Source: Clostridia bacterium
GTDB lineage: Bacteria; Bacillota; Clostridia; Oscillospirales; RGIG8002
Assembly (NCBI GenBank): GCA_017616855.1
Contig: JAFZXI010000019.1
Location: forward strand, 2,163 to 66,162
Length of the DNA stretch: 64,000 nt
Reading direction: 5' to 3'
Below, one piece after another: positions 1 to 9,322 of this stretch. Numbering within the stretch: the first letter of the stretch is position 1; every line of letters starts with the position of its first letter. A model generated the notes under the pieces. The model saw only the letters and a list, made by a program, of their open reading frames with translations. It did not search any database and had not been told where the DNA came from. Made by a program: the position numbers and the translations under genes.

Positions 1-3000
1 TCGCCTATCGACTTCAGTCCGCTGCCGAAGGTCACGGACGCGAGCGTGTCGCAGTCTCTGAACGCCAGGGCGCCGATGCTCTCGAGTGAGTCGGGGAATA
101 CGAGCGCGGTCAGCCCGCCGGTGGTGACGAAGGCTCCGTCGCCTATCGACTTCAGCCCGCTGCCGAAGGTCACCGAGGTGAGCACGATGCATTCTTCAAA
201 CGCGCTGTTGCCGATACTCTCGAGCGAATCGGGGAATACGAGCGAGGTGAGCGTGCCGCATTTGTAGAACGCGTAGTCGCCTATCGATTTCAGTCCACTG
301 CCGAAGGTGACGGATCCGAGCACGGCGCAGGTGTTGAACGCGCTTTCGCCGATGCTTTCGAGCGAGTCGGGGAACGTGAGAGAGAGTACTGACGAGCAGG
401 AGGCGAACGCGCCCGCGCCTATTGTCTTCAGCCCGCTGCCGAAGGTCACGGAAGTGAGTCTGGCGCAGTTGAGGAACACGTATTTGCCGATGCTTTCGAG
501 CGAGTCGGGGAAGGCGAGCGAGACAAGCGAGGTGCAGTTTTTGAAGGCTTCGTCGCCTATCGACTTCAGCCCGCTGCCGAAGGTTACGGATTCGAGCGCG
601 TCGCAATACTCAAACGCGCTCATGCTGACGCCTTCGAGCGAGTCGGGGAAGACGAGGGAGGTTATCGGGCAGCCTGTGAACGCGCCGGAGTAAATATAAA
701 CCAGCTTCGCCGCCGTCGGGCTGCTGCCGAAGGTCACGGAGGCGAGCGAGGTGCAGCCGCTGAACGCGTCCGAGGCGATCTCCTCGAGCGAGTCGGGGAA
801 TTCGAGCGAGGTGACGGCGGCGCCGTGGAACGCGGAATCGCCGATGGTTTTCAGCCCGCTGCCGAAGGTGACTGAGGCGAGCGCGGAGCAGTTTGAGAAC
901 GCTTGTTCGCCGATGCTCTCGAGCGAGTCGGGCAAGGCGAGCGAGGTCACGGCCGTATTGTAGAACGCGCCGGTGTCAAGCGTTTTCAGCCCGCTGCCGA
1001 AGGTTACCGACGCGAGCAGGGGGCATTGGCCGAACGCGTATTGGCCTATGGTTTCGAGGGTGTCGGGGAAGGCGACGGAGGCGAGCTTCTCGCACTGGCG
1101 GAATGCTTCTATGTCTATCGTCTTCAGCCCGCTGCCGAAGGTTACCGACGCGAGCTTGTCGCAGCCGTAGAAGGCGCTGTTGCCGATGCTCTCGAGCGAG
1201 TCGGGCAAGGCGGCCGCAGTCAGCGCGTCGCACTGGCAGAACGCCTGAGTCCCTATCGTCTTCAGCCCGCTGCCGAAGGTCACGGAAGTGAGCGATTTGC
1301 ACCAATAGAACGCGAGAGCGCCGATCGTCGTGAGCGAGTCGGGGAGGACTACCGAGGTGAGATTTTTGTTGGAGAACGCCTGCACGCCGATCTCCAGCAC
1401 CTTCTTGCCGCCGAGGCGGGATGGAACGGTGATATCGGTCGTTCCGTTGAGCTCGACGCCGGTGATGCGGACGCCGCCCCCGATATCTTCATACAGGAAT
1501 TCGGGCGGGGCGCCGTAAACGCGCCTCGCGTTGCAGAGGTCGTAGTTATCAACCGTATTTGCGCCGGTAATCGCGTCCCATTGCGTCTCGGTGCCGAGGT
1601 AATAGACGACCGCGAGCGGCGTGCCGGCGAAGGCGTCGGCGCCGATAGAAGTCACGGAGTCGGGGATGGTCGCCTGAGCCACGCCTGTGTCGTAGAACGC
1701 GTTCTTGCCGACGGTTTCGAGCCCGTGGTTCAGGGCGACGGATCCGAGCTTGGGGCAGCCGTAGAAGGCGCCGTTACCTAGCGACTTCAGCCCGCTGCCG
1801 AAGTCGACGGATTCGAGCTTGACGCAGGATATGAACGCGTATTCGTCGATGGTTTCGAGCGAGTCGGGGAATACGAGCGATTCCGGGGCGGTGTAGCCGA
1901 ACGCGGCGTAGCAGATGGTCTTCAGACCGCTGCCGAAGGTCACGGAAGCGAGGTCGTTGCAGTTGTTGAACGCGCTTTCGCCGATCGTTTCGAGCGAGTC
2001 GGGGAAGACGAGCGCGGTCACGGGCGTATCGCAGAACGCGTAGTCGTCTATCGTTTTCAGACCGCTGCCGAAGGTCACCGAAGCGAGCGAGTCGCAGCTG
2101 TTGAACGCGCCTGTGCCGATCGTTTCGAGCGAGTCGGGCAGGACGAGCGCGGTCACGGGCGCGCTTGCGAACGCGCTTTCGCCTATCGTCTTCAGCTTCG
2201 CCGCCGTCGGGCTGCTGCCGAAGGTCACCGAGGCGAGCGCGTCGCAGCCGTCAAACGCGTATTTATCTATCGTCTCGAGCGCGTCGGGCAGGACGACCGA
2301 CGTGACGTCGGCTCCCTGGAAGCTGAATTTTCCTATCGATTTCAGAGAGGACGACGCCGCGCCTGTGCCGAAGGTCAGCGTGGCGATCGGGTCGCCGTAG
2401 AACGCGTATTGGCCGATGGTCTCGAGCGAGTCGGGGAGCACGACGGAGGTCAGATTGGGGCAGATCCTGAACGCGTCTTGGGAGATCGTTTTCAGTTTCG
2501 CCGCCGTCGGGCTGCTGCCGAAGGTTACCGAGGCGAGACTGTAGCAGTTTTGGAACGCGCCGGCGCCGATCTCCTCGAGCGAGTCGGGCAGGACGAGCGC
2601 GGTGAGTGAGGTATTATTGAAAGCATTCGAGCCGATCGTTTTCAGATTCGACGCCGCTTGACTGCTGCCGAAGGTCACCGAGGCGAGCGAGGTGCAGTTC
2701 TTTAACGCGTTGTAGCCGATGGTTTCGAGCGAGTCGGGGAAGACCAGCGAGGTCAGGGAGGTCTTATAGAACGCGTCGGAGCCGATCGTTTTCAGCTTCG
2801 CCGCCGTCGGGCTGCTGCCGAAGGTCACCGTGGCGAGCGAGGTGCATTCTTCAAACGCGTCGGTGCCGATCGTTTCGAGCGAGTCGGGGAGCGCGACGGA
2901 GGTCAGCGAGTTGCAGTAGTAGAACGCGGAGTCGCCTATCGTTGTCAGCTTCGACGCGGTCAGACTGCTGCCGAAGGTAACGGAAGCGAGCGCGTCGCAG

Positions 3001-3400
3001 TTTTGGAACGCGCCTGCGCCGATCGTTTCGAGCGAGTCGGGGAAGGTGAGCTCGGTCAGGCGGCGGAGGTAGGCGAAGGCGCCTTTGCCGATCGTCTTCA
3101 GCCCGCTGCCGAAGGTTATCGAGGTGAGATCATAGCAGGAGAAGAATGCGTTTTCGCCGATGCTCTCGAGTGAGTCGGGGAAGGTCAGCGAGGTGATTTT
3201 TGCGTTGTAGAAGGCGTCTTTGCCGATCGTCTTCAGCCCGCTGCCGAAGGTCACCGAGGCGAGCGAGTTGCAGTTGTCAAACGCGCCTTTGCCGACGGTC
3301 ACGAGCGTGTCGGGCAGCGTGAGCGTTTCGAGCGCGTCGTAGTTATAGAAGGCTTTTTCGCCGATCTCGAGTACGGTCTTGCCGTCGATCGCGGAGGGTA
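1..3400. repeat. Coding tandem repeat array (LRR units); base period 138 bp (two 23-aa LRRs) with local 135-bp and 150-bp variants
   Basis: Motif (G/A)CTGCCGAAGG recurs at 21, 159, 297, 435, 573, 723, 858, 993, 1131 and 1269, and again from ~1797 to ~3250. The array is interrupted at ~1400-1610 by a non-repeat segment. Confidence 0.85.
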
Positions 3401-4310
3401 TTTCGATCTCGGTCGCGGCGTCGCAGCCGGTCGCGCCGGTGATGCGGATGCCGCCGGTGATCTCTTCATAGGTGAAGGCGGGGGCGGACCCGGCGACCGT
3501 GAGCGTCAGCGCGATGGCGCCGGTCGTTTTATCTTGAGAGCCGTACCACATACCTTCGTATCGAAGCTCTCCCGTGTAAACGCCGGGAGCCGCGGCGGCA
3601 AGCGCCGTCGGGTCGATGCGCAGCGAGACGCCGTGGCTTTCGCCGGCGCTTTCGAATGGTTTTTTAACCCACTCTCCGTCGCCCCGGTGGTCGTCGTCAT
3701 ACATCCCGAAAGCGAGGGAGCCGCCGTTTCCGTTATCGAGCGTTCCCTTGAATAACGTTATATACACTCCGTCCGTGTATACGTATTCGCCGTTGAAATC
3801 CTTCACCTTGCCCGGCGTCAGCGTATCCGTGACGTAGGTGAACGGCATATAGCCGTCGGCGTCGAAGCCGGAGAGGTTCGCGTTCGGGGAGGAGACGGTG
3901 AAGGAAGCGTCGGGGACAGTGTTCCAGTTCGTTTTTTCTTTCCATTGCGCCGTAAAGACGGTGGTTTCGGACGTGAGTGTGTTGTAAAAAACTCCATGCG
4001 TATCAAAGCAGTCAAACACGTGATCGTCGTCGGGCGCGGTCCAGCCGGAAGGGCACGAGTCATAATTGAAGTAAAACCCTACGTCTACGCCCCCGTCTTC
4101 GTAATAGAACTGTCCGTATTGGGCGGAGTGCCAGTCCGCGGCGATCTCGCCCTCGTCGGATCTGTATTCAACGGGCGTGCCGCTGCCGTCGCCTGGCTCG
4201 AGTCGGACGGTGTAGACGGTGTCCGCCTGCGCTATGATGCCGGTCGGCAGCATCGCCGCGATCAGCATCGCGCAGAGCATGACTGATAATACGCGCTTGA
4301 TTTTCTTCAT
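1..4310 (-). CDS. BspA-type leucine-rich-repeat (LRR_5-like) secreted surface protein; N-terminus complete, C-terminus runs off the left edge (>1436 aa)
   Basis: Absent from the ORF track because no stop codon lies inside the window. Reverse-complement reading from ATG at 4310-4308 (GGAGGT about 8 nt upstream) gives the signal peptide MKKIKRVLSVMLCAMLIAAMLPTGIIAQA and a ~300-aa non-repeat region. 23-aa repeats of the form L.SVTFGSGLK(S/T)IG..AF..C..LTSL.FPDSLESIG then continue to position 3. No listed minus-strand ORF in 1-4310 is in this phase, consistent with one open frame. Confidence 0.85.
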   Translation of the reverse strand, partial: MKKIKRVLSVMLCAMLIAAMLPTGIIAQADTVYTVRLEPGDGSGTPVEYRSDEGEIAADWHSAQYGQFYYEDGGVDVGFYFNYDSCPSGWTAPDDDHVFDCFDTHGVFYNTLTSETTVFTAQWKEKTNWNTVPDASFTVSSPNANLSGFDADGYMPFTYVTDTLTPGKVKDFNGEYVYTDGVYITLFKGTLDNGNGGSLAFGMYDDDHRGDGEWVKKPFESAGESHGVSLRIDPTALAAAAPGVYTGELRYEGMWYGSQDKTTGAIALTLTVAGSAPAFTYEEITGGIRITGATGCDAATEIEIPSAIDGKTVLEIGEKAFYNYDALETLTLPDTLVTVGKGAFDNCNSLASVTFGSGLKTIGKDAFYNAKITSLTFPDSLESIGENAFFSCYDLTSITFGSGLKTIGKGAFAYLRRLTELTFPDSLETIGAGAFQNCDALASVTFGSSLTASKLTTIGDSAFYYCNSLTSVALPDSLETIGTDAFEECTSLATVTFGSSPTAAKLKTIGSDAFYKTSLTSLVFPDSLETIGYNALKNCTSLASVTFGSSQAASNLKTIGSNAFNNTSLTALVLPDSLEEIGAGAFQNCYSLASVTFGSSPTAAKLKTISQDAFRICPNLTSVVLPDSLETIGQYAFYGDPIATLTFGTGAASSSLKSIGKFSFQGADVTSVVLPDALETIDKYAFDGCDALASVTFGSSPTAAKLKTIGESAFASAPVTALVLPDSLETIGTGAFNSCDSLASVTFGSGLKTIDDYAFCDTPVTALVFPDSLETIGESAFNNCNDLASVTFGSGLKTICYAAFGYTAPESLVFPDSLETIDEYAFISCVKLESVDFGSGLKSLGNGAFYGCPKLGSVALNHGLETVGKNAFYDTGVAQATIPDSVTSIGADAFAGTPLAVVYYLGTETQWDAITGANTVDNYDLCNARRVYGAPPEFLYEDIGGGVRITGVELNGTTDITVPSRLGGKKVLEIGVQAFSNKNLTSVVLPDSLTTIGALAFYWCKSLTSVTFGSGLKTIGTQAFCQCDALTAAALPDSLESIGNSAFYGCDKLASVTFGSGLKTIDIEAFRQCEKLASVAFPDTLETIGQYAFGQCPLLASVTFGSGLKTLDTGAFYNTAVTSLALPDSLESIGEQAFSNCSALASVTFGSGLKTIGDSAFHGAAVTSLEFPDSLEEIASDAFSGCTSLASVTFGSSPTAAKLVYIYSGAFTGCPITSLVFPDSLEGVSMSAFEYCDALESVTFGSGLKSIGDEAFKNCTSLVSLAFPDSLESIGKYVFLNCARLTSVTFGSGLKTIGAGAFASCSSVLSLTFPDSLESIGESAFNTCAVLGSVTFGSGLKSIGDYAFYKCGTLTSLVFPDSLESIGNSAFEECIVLTSVTFGSGLKSIGDGAFVTTGGLTALVFPDSLESIGALAFRDCDTLASVTFGSGLKSIG

Positions 4311-4342
4311 GGTTCCTTACCTCCTATTATGCTTTTGAAAAC

Positions 4343-4377
4343 GCAAAAAGCAACGCCCGTCGGGAGTTGCTTTTTGA
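4343..4377 (-). terminator. Rho-independent terminator downstream of potD
   Basis: Hairpin AAAAAGCAAC-GCCCGTCGGGA-GTTGCTTTTT lies just after the potD stop (4382-4384). A and T runs on both sides give a U-tract on the minus strand. Confidence 0.7.
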
Positions 4378-4381
4378 ATGT

Positions 4382-5557
4382 TTATTCGTATAGTTTCTTT
4401 TTCCTGACGCGCATAATCACGACCGCCACGATCACCGCGGCGATAACGGCGCCGATTATGATATAGAGCGTGTAACCGGAGCCCTCGACCTTCAACTTCG
4501 ACCAGTAGTCGTTCATCAACTGGAAGGTTTCGTCGGGCAAGTCGGAGAACATTTTCGATTTCGCGGCCGTCGCTTCATCGAAATAGACGACTTCGCTGTT
4601 TGCGAACTCTTCGCTAAGGTATTCTTTTGCCTCGGGTATCGGAGTCGCGTAGCCGATCGCGTCCATGTTCTGGCCGGATATCTCCGGATCGCAGAGGAAG
4701 TTGATATACGCCTCGGCTTCCGCCTTGTGCTCGCACCCCTTCGGAATGCATATCGCGTCGATGAAGAAGTTGAAGCCCTCCTTCGGATAACAGAAGGCGA
4801 GGTCGGGATTGTCCTCGTGCATCGTGACGAAGTCGCCCGCGTAGTAGGGCGCGATCCACGCCGATTCGTTAATCATCGCGTCGAATATCTGGTCCATGAC
4901 GTACTGCTGAACGAGCGGTTTCTGCTCGAGGAGTTTATCGTAGCATTTCTGATAATCAGCTTCACTTGTGGTGTTGACGTCGATGCCGAGCAGGAACTCC
5001 GCTATCGCGAAAAGGTCGCGCGGGTTATCGAAGGTCAGGATCTTATCCTTGTAATCCTCGTCCCAGAGGATGTTCCAGCTGTCGACCGTCTTGGTTACGT
5101 ATTTCGTGTTGTAGATGATGCCGACGGTGCCGTAGGTGTAGGGGACGGAGTACTCGTTGTTCGGGTCGTACGGAGTGTTTTTATACTGCTCGTCGATATA
5201 TTGGTAATTCGGTATGTTATCGAAGTTCAGCTTTTCGAGCATATCCTTTTTGATGAGGCGCTCGATCATGTAATCGGAGGGGATAATAATGTCGTAACTC
5301 GAGCCGCCGGTTTCCAGCTTTGTCAGCAGCGTTTCGTTGGAATCGTAGGTCGTGTAGTTGACCTGGATTCCGGTGCGCTTGGTGAACTCGGCGTTGACGT
5401 CGATGGTGTCCTCTTCGCCGATGCCTATATACTGTCCCCAGTTATAGACGTTGATTGTGACTGTCTCGCCTTCCGCCTTTGCGGGAAGGGAGGGGATGGC
5501 CGCAAAAAGCGTGAACGCCAGCGTCAGCGTAAGGATAGCGGCAAGTATTCTTTTCAT
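4382..5557 (-). CDS. potD: Spermidine/putrescine ABC transporter substrate-binding protein
   Basis: Last gene of a potA-B-C-D order; PotD-like length and sequence. Start moved from track position 5641 to ATG 5557 (MKRILAAILTLTLAF..., GGAGGT RBS), because the longer form overlaps potC. The C-terminus carries a hydrophobic helix, YIIIGAVIAAVIVAVVIM-RVRKKK. Confidence 0.85.
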   Translation of the reverse strand: MKRILAAILTLTLAFTLFAAIPSLPAKAEGETVTINVYNWGQYIGIGEEDTIDVNAEFTKRTGIQVNYTTYDSNETLLTKLETGGSSYDIIIPSDYMIERLIKKDMLEKLNFDNIPNYQYIDEQYKNTPYDPNNEYSVPYTYGTVGIIYNTKYVTKTVDSWNILWDEDYKDKILTFDNPRDLFAIAEFLLGIDVNTTSEADYQKCYDKLLEQKPLVQQYVMDQIFDAMINESAWIAPYYAGDFVTMHEDNPDLAFCYPKEGFNFFIDAICIPKGCEHKAEAEAYINFLCDPEISGQNMDAIGYATPIPEAKEYLSEEFANSEVVYFDEATAAKSKMFSDLPDETFQLMNDYWSKLKVEGSGYTLYIIIGAVIAAVIVAVVIMRVRKKKLYE

Positions 5558-5588
5558 TCGGGTATACCTCCGTGGTTTATTTCTGCGG

Positions 5589-6398
5589 TCAGACCGCGAG
5601 TTTTTTCGATTTTTTGCGCTCGTCGCGCGCCTGGAAGACATTCATCAGCACCATGAGCGCGAGTATCACCATGAAGAGCACCGTGAACAGCGCGTAGATG
5701 CTCGGCGGTATCGGCTTCTTGGTGTAGTTGTAGATTTCTATCGGGAGCGTCGAGAAGCCGGAACCGTAGACGAAATAGCTGATGACGAAGTCGTCGAGCG
5801 AAAGCGTGAAGACCATCGTCATACCGGTGAAAACGCCGGGCATTATTTCCGGCAGCATCACCTTGAAAAACGCCTTCATCGGCGTGCAGCCGAGGTCGAG
5901 CGCCGCGTCCATGAGGTTGCGGTCCATCTGACGTATCTTCGGCAGCACCGACAGTATGACGTACGGCAAGCCGAAGGTTATATGCGCGATGAGCAGCGTC
6001 CAGAATCCGAGGACGTTGTTATTCTTCATCACGCCGCCGATGAAGACGAAGAGCAGCGCCAGCGAAACGCCCGTTACGATATCGGGGTTCGTCATAGGCA
6101 CGTTGGTTATCGTGAGGATGACGTTCTGCATGCGCTTTTTCATTTTGTGGATGCCGACCGCCGCCATAGTGCCGAGCACCGTCGCGACTACGGAAGCGAT
6201 GACTGCGATTATTATCGTGTTCAGCAGCAGGTGGAGAAGCGTGTCGTTATGAAAAAGCTCTTCGTACCATTTGAACGTGAATCCCTCGAAATGCACGGTG
6301 TTCTTCGACGAGTTGAAGGAGAAGAGCATAAGCAGCAGTATCGGAGTGTAGAGCAATACGAATACGGCCGCGGTGTAGATCTTGCCGAATGTTTTCAT
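5589..6398 (-). CDS. potC: Spermidine/putrescine ABC transporter permease
   Basis: 269-aa polytopic membrane protein of the ABC permease type, positioned after potB, with a 4-nt overlap to potB. Confidence 0.85.
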   Translation of the reverse strand: MKTFGKIYTAAVFVLLYTPILLLMLFSFNSSKNTVHFEGFTFKWYEELFHNDTLLHLLLNTIIIAVIASVVATVLGTMAAVGIHKMKKRMQNVILTITNVPMTNPDIVTGVSLALLFVFIGGVMKNNNVLGFWTLLIAHITFGLPYVILSVLPKIRQMDRNLMDAALDLGCTPMKAFFKVMLPEIMPGVFTGMTMVFTLSLDDFVISYFVYGSGFSTLPIEIYNYTKKPIPPSIYALFTVLFMVILALMVLMNVFQARDERKKSKKLAV

Positions 6399-7204
6399 AG
6401 CACGATCTCCTCTCCGTCGTTATCCGCGAAGCGGTTCATTATCGCCATGCAGATGAAGATCATAATCATCAGCACCAAGCTCATCGCCGCCCCGAGATTC
6501 GGGTTGTAGGCGTTCTTGAACTGCTTTTCGATGATGTCGCCTATCATCGCGGTGTCCGCGGGGCCCATTTTCACGGAAATGTAGAAGGTGCTGACCGCCG
6601 GCACGAACACCATCGTTATGCCGGAGATTATTCCCGGCAGACTCAGCGGAAGTATCACCTTGCGGAAGGTGCTGAACTTGTTCGCGCCGAGGTCGGCGGA
6701 GGCCTCGAGCAGCCGTCCGTCTATCTTCATCAGCACGGTGTAAAGCGGCAGGATCATATACGGCAGGTAGTTATAGACCATGCCGAAAACGATCGCCGGA
6801 CGCGTGCGTATGAGCTTGAACGGCCCGATGCCGATGCTCGTCAGGAAGTTGTTGATTATGCCGGTGTCTTCAAACAGCGATACCCACGCGAGCGTGCGGA
6901 GCAGGAAGCTCATGCACATCGGAAGCATCACGAGCAGCACGATTATGCGCTGCGTGCGCGGCTTCGTCCTCGAGATGAAGTATGCGAAAGGGTAGGCGAT
7001 GAGCAGGCATATTATCGCCGCTATCGCTCCGAGCATTATCGAATCAAGGAAGGTCGGCAGATACGCTTTCAACCCCGCGATGTTCGCGAACGTGAAATGT
7101 CCCGCCGAGTCGGTGAACGCGTAGTAGAAAACGAAAACCAGCGGCGCGACGATGAATATCCCCATCCATACCAGATATGGCGCGGCGGTGAGCTTTGCGC
7201 GCAT
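6395..7204 (-). CDS. potB: Spermidine/putrescine ABC transporter permease
   Basis: 269-aa polytopic membrane protein. Its start shares 1 nt with the potA stop (TGATG coupling). Confidence 0.85.
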   Translation of the reverse strand: MRAKLTAAPYLVWMGIFIVAPLVFVFYYAFTDSAGHFTFANIAGLKAYLPTFLDSIMLGAIAAIICLLIAYPFAYFISRTKPRTQRIIVLLVMLPMCMSFLLRTLAWVSLFEDTGIINNFLTSIGIGPFKLIRTRPAIVFGMVYNYLPYMILPLYTVLMKIDGRLLEASADLGANKFSTFRKVILPLSLPGIISGITMVFVPAVSTFYISVKMGPADTAMIGDIIEKQFKNAYNPNLGAAMSLVLMIMIFICMAIMNRFADNDGEEIVL

Positions 7205-8349
7205 CAGTCGATCACCTCCGCGTCGGAGTCGTCGTTAAGGATCGTCGCGTCGTCGAGCTTGTCGTACTCCTCTGAATAAGAGGAATAGTCGCCGAACTTG
7301 CCGGAGTATTCGGATTTCTTCATAATATGGATGTCGTCCGGATTCAGCTTTATGCCTATCTCGTCGCCGGGCGCGTGGAAGTCGGTCGTCTGTATCATCC
7401 ACTTGAAGCCCTTGACGTCAACGATTATTTCGTAGTGCACCCCCTTGAACGTCACGTTGGTGACGACGCCGGAAAGGTGGCCGGAATCCGCGCGGACGAT
7501 ATCGATATCCTCGGGACGTATTACGACGTCGACCGGCTCCTTCTTCTCGAAACCGGAATCGAGGCACTTGAACTTGTAGCCGAAGATGGAGACGAGGTAA
7601 TCGTCGAGCATGATGCCGTCAATGATATTGCTCTCGCCGATGAAGTCGGCGACGAAAGCGTTCTGCGGTTCGTTATATATATCCTGCGGCGTGCCTATCT
7701 GCTGGATGACGCCGTTGTCCATAACGACGACGGTGTCGCTCATCGAAAGGGCTTCCTCCTGGTCGTGAGTGACGTAGACGAAGGTAACGCCCATCTGCTG
7801 CTGGATGTTTTTGAGTTCGACCTGCATATCCTTGCGGAGCTTGAGGTCGAGCGCGCCGAGCGGTTCGTCGAGCAGCAGCATGCGCGGGGAGTTGACGAGA
7901 GCGCGCGCTATCGCGACGCGCTGCTGCTGGCCGCCGGAAAGGGAGTTTACGTTGCGCTTCGCGAAGCCGTTGAGATTTATCAGCTTGAGCATCTCAAAGA
8001 CCTTGTCGCGTATCTCTTTCTCCGGCACCTTTTTCAGCCGCAGACCGAAGGCGATATTTTCAAAGACGTTCAGGTGAGGGAACAGGGCGTAACGCTGGAA
8101 GACCGTGTTGACCTCGCGCTTATAAGGCGGAACGTCGTTAATTTTTTCGCCAAAGAAAAAAACATTACCCGATGTCGGAGTTTCAAATCCCGCAATAATT
8201 CGCAGAGTGGTCGTCTTGCCGCAGCCCGAAGGCCCGAGCAGCGTGACGAACTCCTTGTCTTTTATTGACAGGTTGATGTTATCGAGTACTGTTTCGCCGT
8301 CAAATTCTTTATGAATATTTTCCAAACGGACAATTTCGGAATTGGCCAT
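7204..8349 (-). CDS. potA: Spermidine/putrescine ABC transporter ATP-binding protein
   Basis: Walker [13 protein letters not shown] signature [15 protein letters not shown], Walker B LLLDEP, and a C-terminal TOBE-like regulatory extension. Confidence 0.9.
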   Translation of the reverse strand: MANSEIVRLENIHKEFDGETVLDNINLSIKDKEFVTLLGPSGCGKTTTLRIIAGFETPTSGNVFFFGEKINDVPPYKREVNTVFQRYALFPHLNVFENIAFGLRLKKVPEKEIRDKVFEMLKLINLNGFAKRNVNSLSGGQQQRVAIARALVNSPRMLLLDEPLGALDLKLRKDMQVELKNIQQQMGVTFVYVTHDQEEALSMSDTVVVMDNGVIQQIGTPQDIYNEPQNAFVADFIGESNIIDGIMLDDYLVSIFGYKFKCLDSGFEKKEPVDVVIRPEDIDIVRADSGHLSGVVTNVTFKGVHYEIIVDVKGFKWMIQTTDFHAPGDEIGIKLNPDDIHIMKKSEYSGKFGDYSSYSEEYDKLDDATILNDDSDAEVID

Positions 8350-8421
8350 TTCTCAACCCCCAGTTCCGCGGAACGTACCCCTTGAAAACAGGGCATCCTC
8401 GACCGGATAGTTTACTATAAT

Positions 8422-8450
8422 AAAATAGTAGATTTTGCGCGTTTTGTCAA
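8422..8450 (-). promoter_or_regulatory. Candidate sigma-A promoter of potABCD
   Basis: On the minus strand: TTGACA, 17 nt, TATTTT, about 70 nt upstream of the potA ATG. The -10 is weak (4/6). Confidence 0.3.
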
Positions 8451-8489
8451 TAGTTTTCGCCAAAAAAGGCGGGTATTTTTTGCGCCGTT

Positions 8490-9188
8490 TCAAAGCGGAA
8501 AGACGCCGTTGAGTTCGTGTTTTGCGACGTTGCCGTTTTCGAGGGTGAAAAACCATGCTTTTTTGGCTGAATCGTTCTTCACGACGCTGTATTCTTTGCC
8601 GTCGAAAACGAGCGCGACGTCGTTTTCGAGCGCGACGCCGGGGAGGTCGTACGCGGCGCAGGCGGAGTCGAAGGAATCGCGCCCGGGCTCGTCGTAATGC
8701 GGGCAGCAGACCGCGGGAACGAAACCGAGACCGGCGATAAGACGATAAGTCGGATTTGCAATCGCGGGGTCGTAAAAGTCGCGGTCGGTGTAGCCCTGCT
8801 CAAACCAGCACATGGCTCCGGCGCTGATGCCGCACATGACCGCGCCGCGCTCCGCCGCTTTCCGCAGCAGCGGGAGCATTCCCGTGCGCTTCCAGACGTC
8901 AATCATGCGCTGCGGATCGCCTCCGCCGACGTAAATTATGTCAGCTGCGCCGACGCGCGCTTCGAGTTCCTCCGGCGCGTATTCCGCACGGACGAGGCAG
9001 AGCGCGTCGGAAACGCAGCCGAGGCGTTTATAAACGCGTTTCAGCGCGTTGATATAGTGGCCTCCGTCGCCGCTCGCGGTAGGAAGGAAGAGAAAACGCG
9101 GGCGGTCTTTTCCGGTCAGTTCGATTATGCGGCGGTCGACCGCGGAGTTTTCGCCGGCGGTGCCGCCTCCGAGCGCAATTATCTTCAT
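8490..9188 (-). CDS. Peptidase S51 (dipeptidase E-like) family protein
   Basis: MKIIALGGG... N-terminus and nucleophile-elbow motif GISAGA. Start moved to ATG 9188 (GGAGG RBS) from track position 9227. Confidence 0.7.
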   Translation of the reverse strand: MKIIALGGGTAGENSAVDRRIIELTGKDRPRFLFLPTASGDGGHYINALKRVYKRLGCVSDALCLVRAEYAPEELEARVGAADIIYVGGGDPQRMIDVWKRTGMLPLLRKAAERGAVMCGISAGAMCWFEQGYTDRDFYDPAIANPTYRLIAGLGFVPAVCCPHYDEPGRDSFDSACAAYDLPGVALENDVALVFDGKEYSVVKNDSAKKAWFFTLENGNVAKHELNGVFPL

Positions 9189-9254
9189 ATGACGCCTCCG
9201 GTAGTAAGATATGATATATTCTATCATTTTGCGGCGAATACTTCAATAGGTTAA

Positions 9255-9294
9255 ATAAAAGAAAGCCCTGCAGTCGCAGGGCTTTCTTTTATTT
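9255..9294 (-). terminator. Rho-independent terminator downstream of the 2110-aa gene
   Basis: Hairpin GAAAGCCCTGC-AGTC-GCAGGGCTTTC at 9261-9286, flanked by A and T runs, 30 nt past the stop at 9323. Confidence 0.75.
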
Positions 9295-9322
9295 GATTTT
9301 GGGTTCGGAGCTTTCGAAGATA

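Noticed and set aside
46-2609. Many 60-290-aa plus-strand ORFs (e.g. 903-1781) and out-of-phase minus ORFs in the first 4.3 kb
   Set aside because: They are the shadow frames of the LRR repeat array. Only one minus-strand phase gives the canonical LRR consensus continuously.
1-3400. Regular ~69/138-bp repeats that could be mistaken for a CRISPR array or satellite
   Set aside because: The repeats are imperfect and contiguous, with no unique spacers, and translate in one frame into a protein LRR consensus. No cas genes or leader are present.
4727-8268. Plus-strand ORFs of 309, 352 and 313 aa opposite potD, potC, potB and potA
   Set aside because: Antisense shadows. The minus strand encodes a complete, translationally coupled potABCD operon with ABC motifs.
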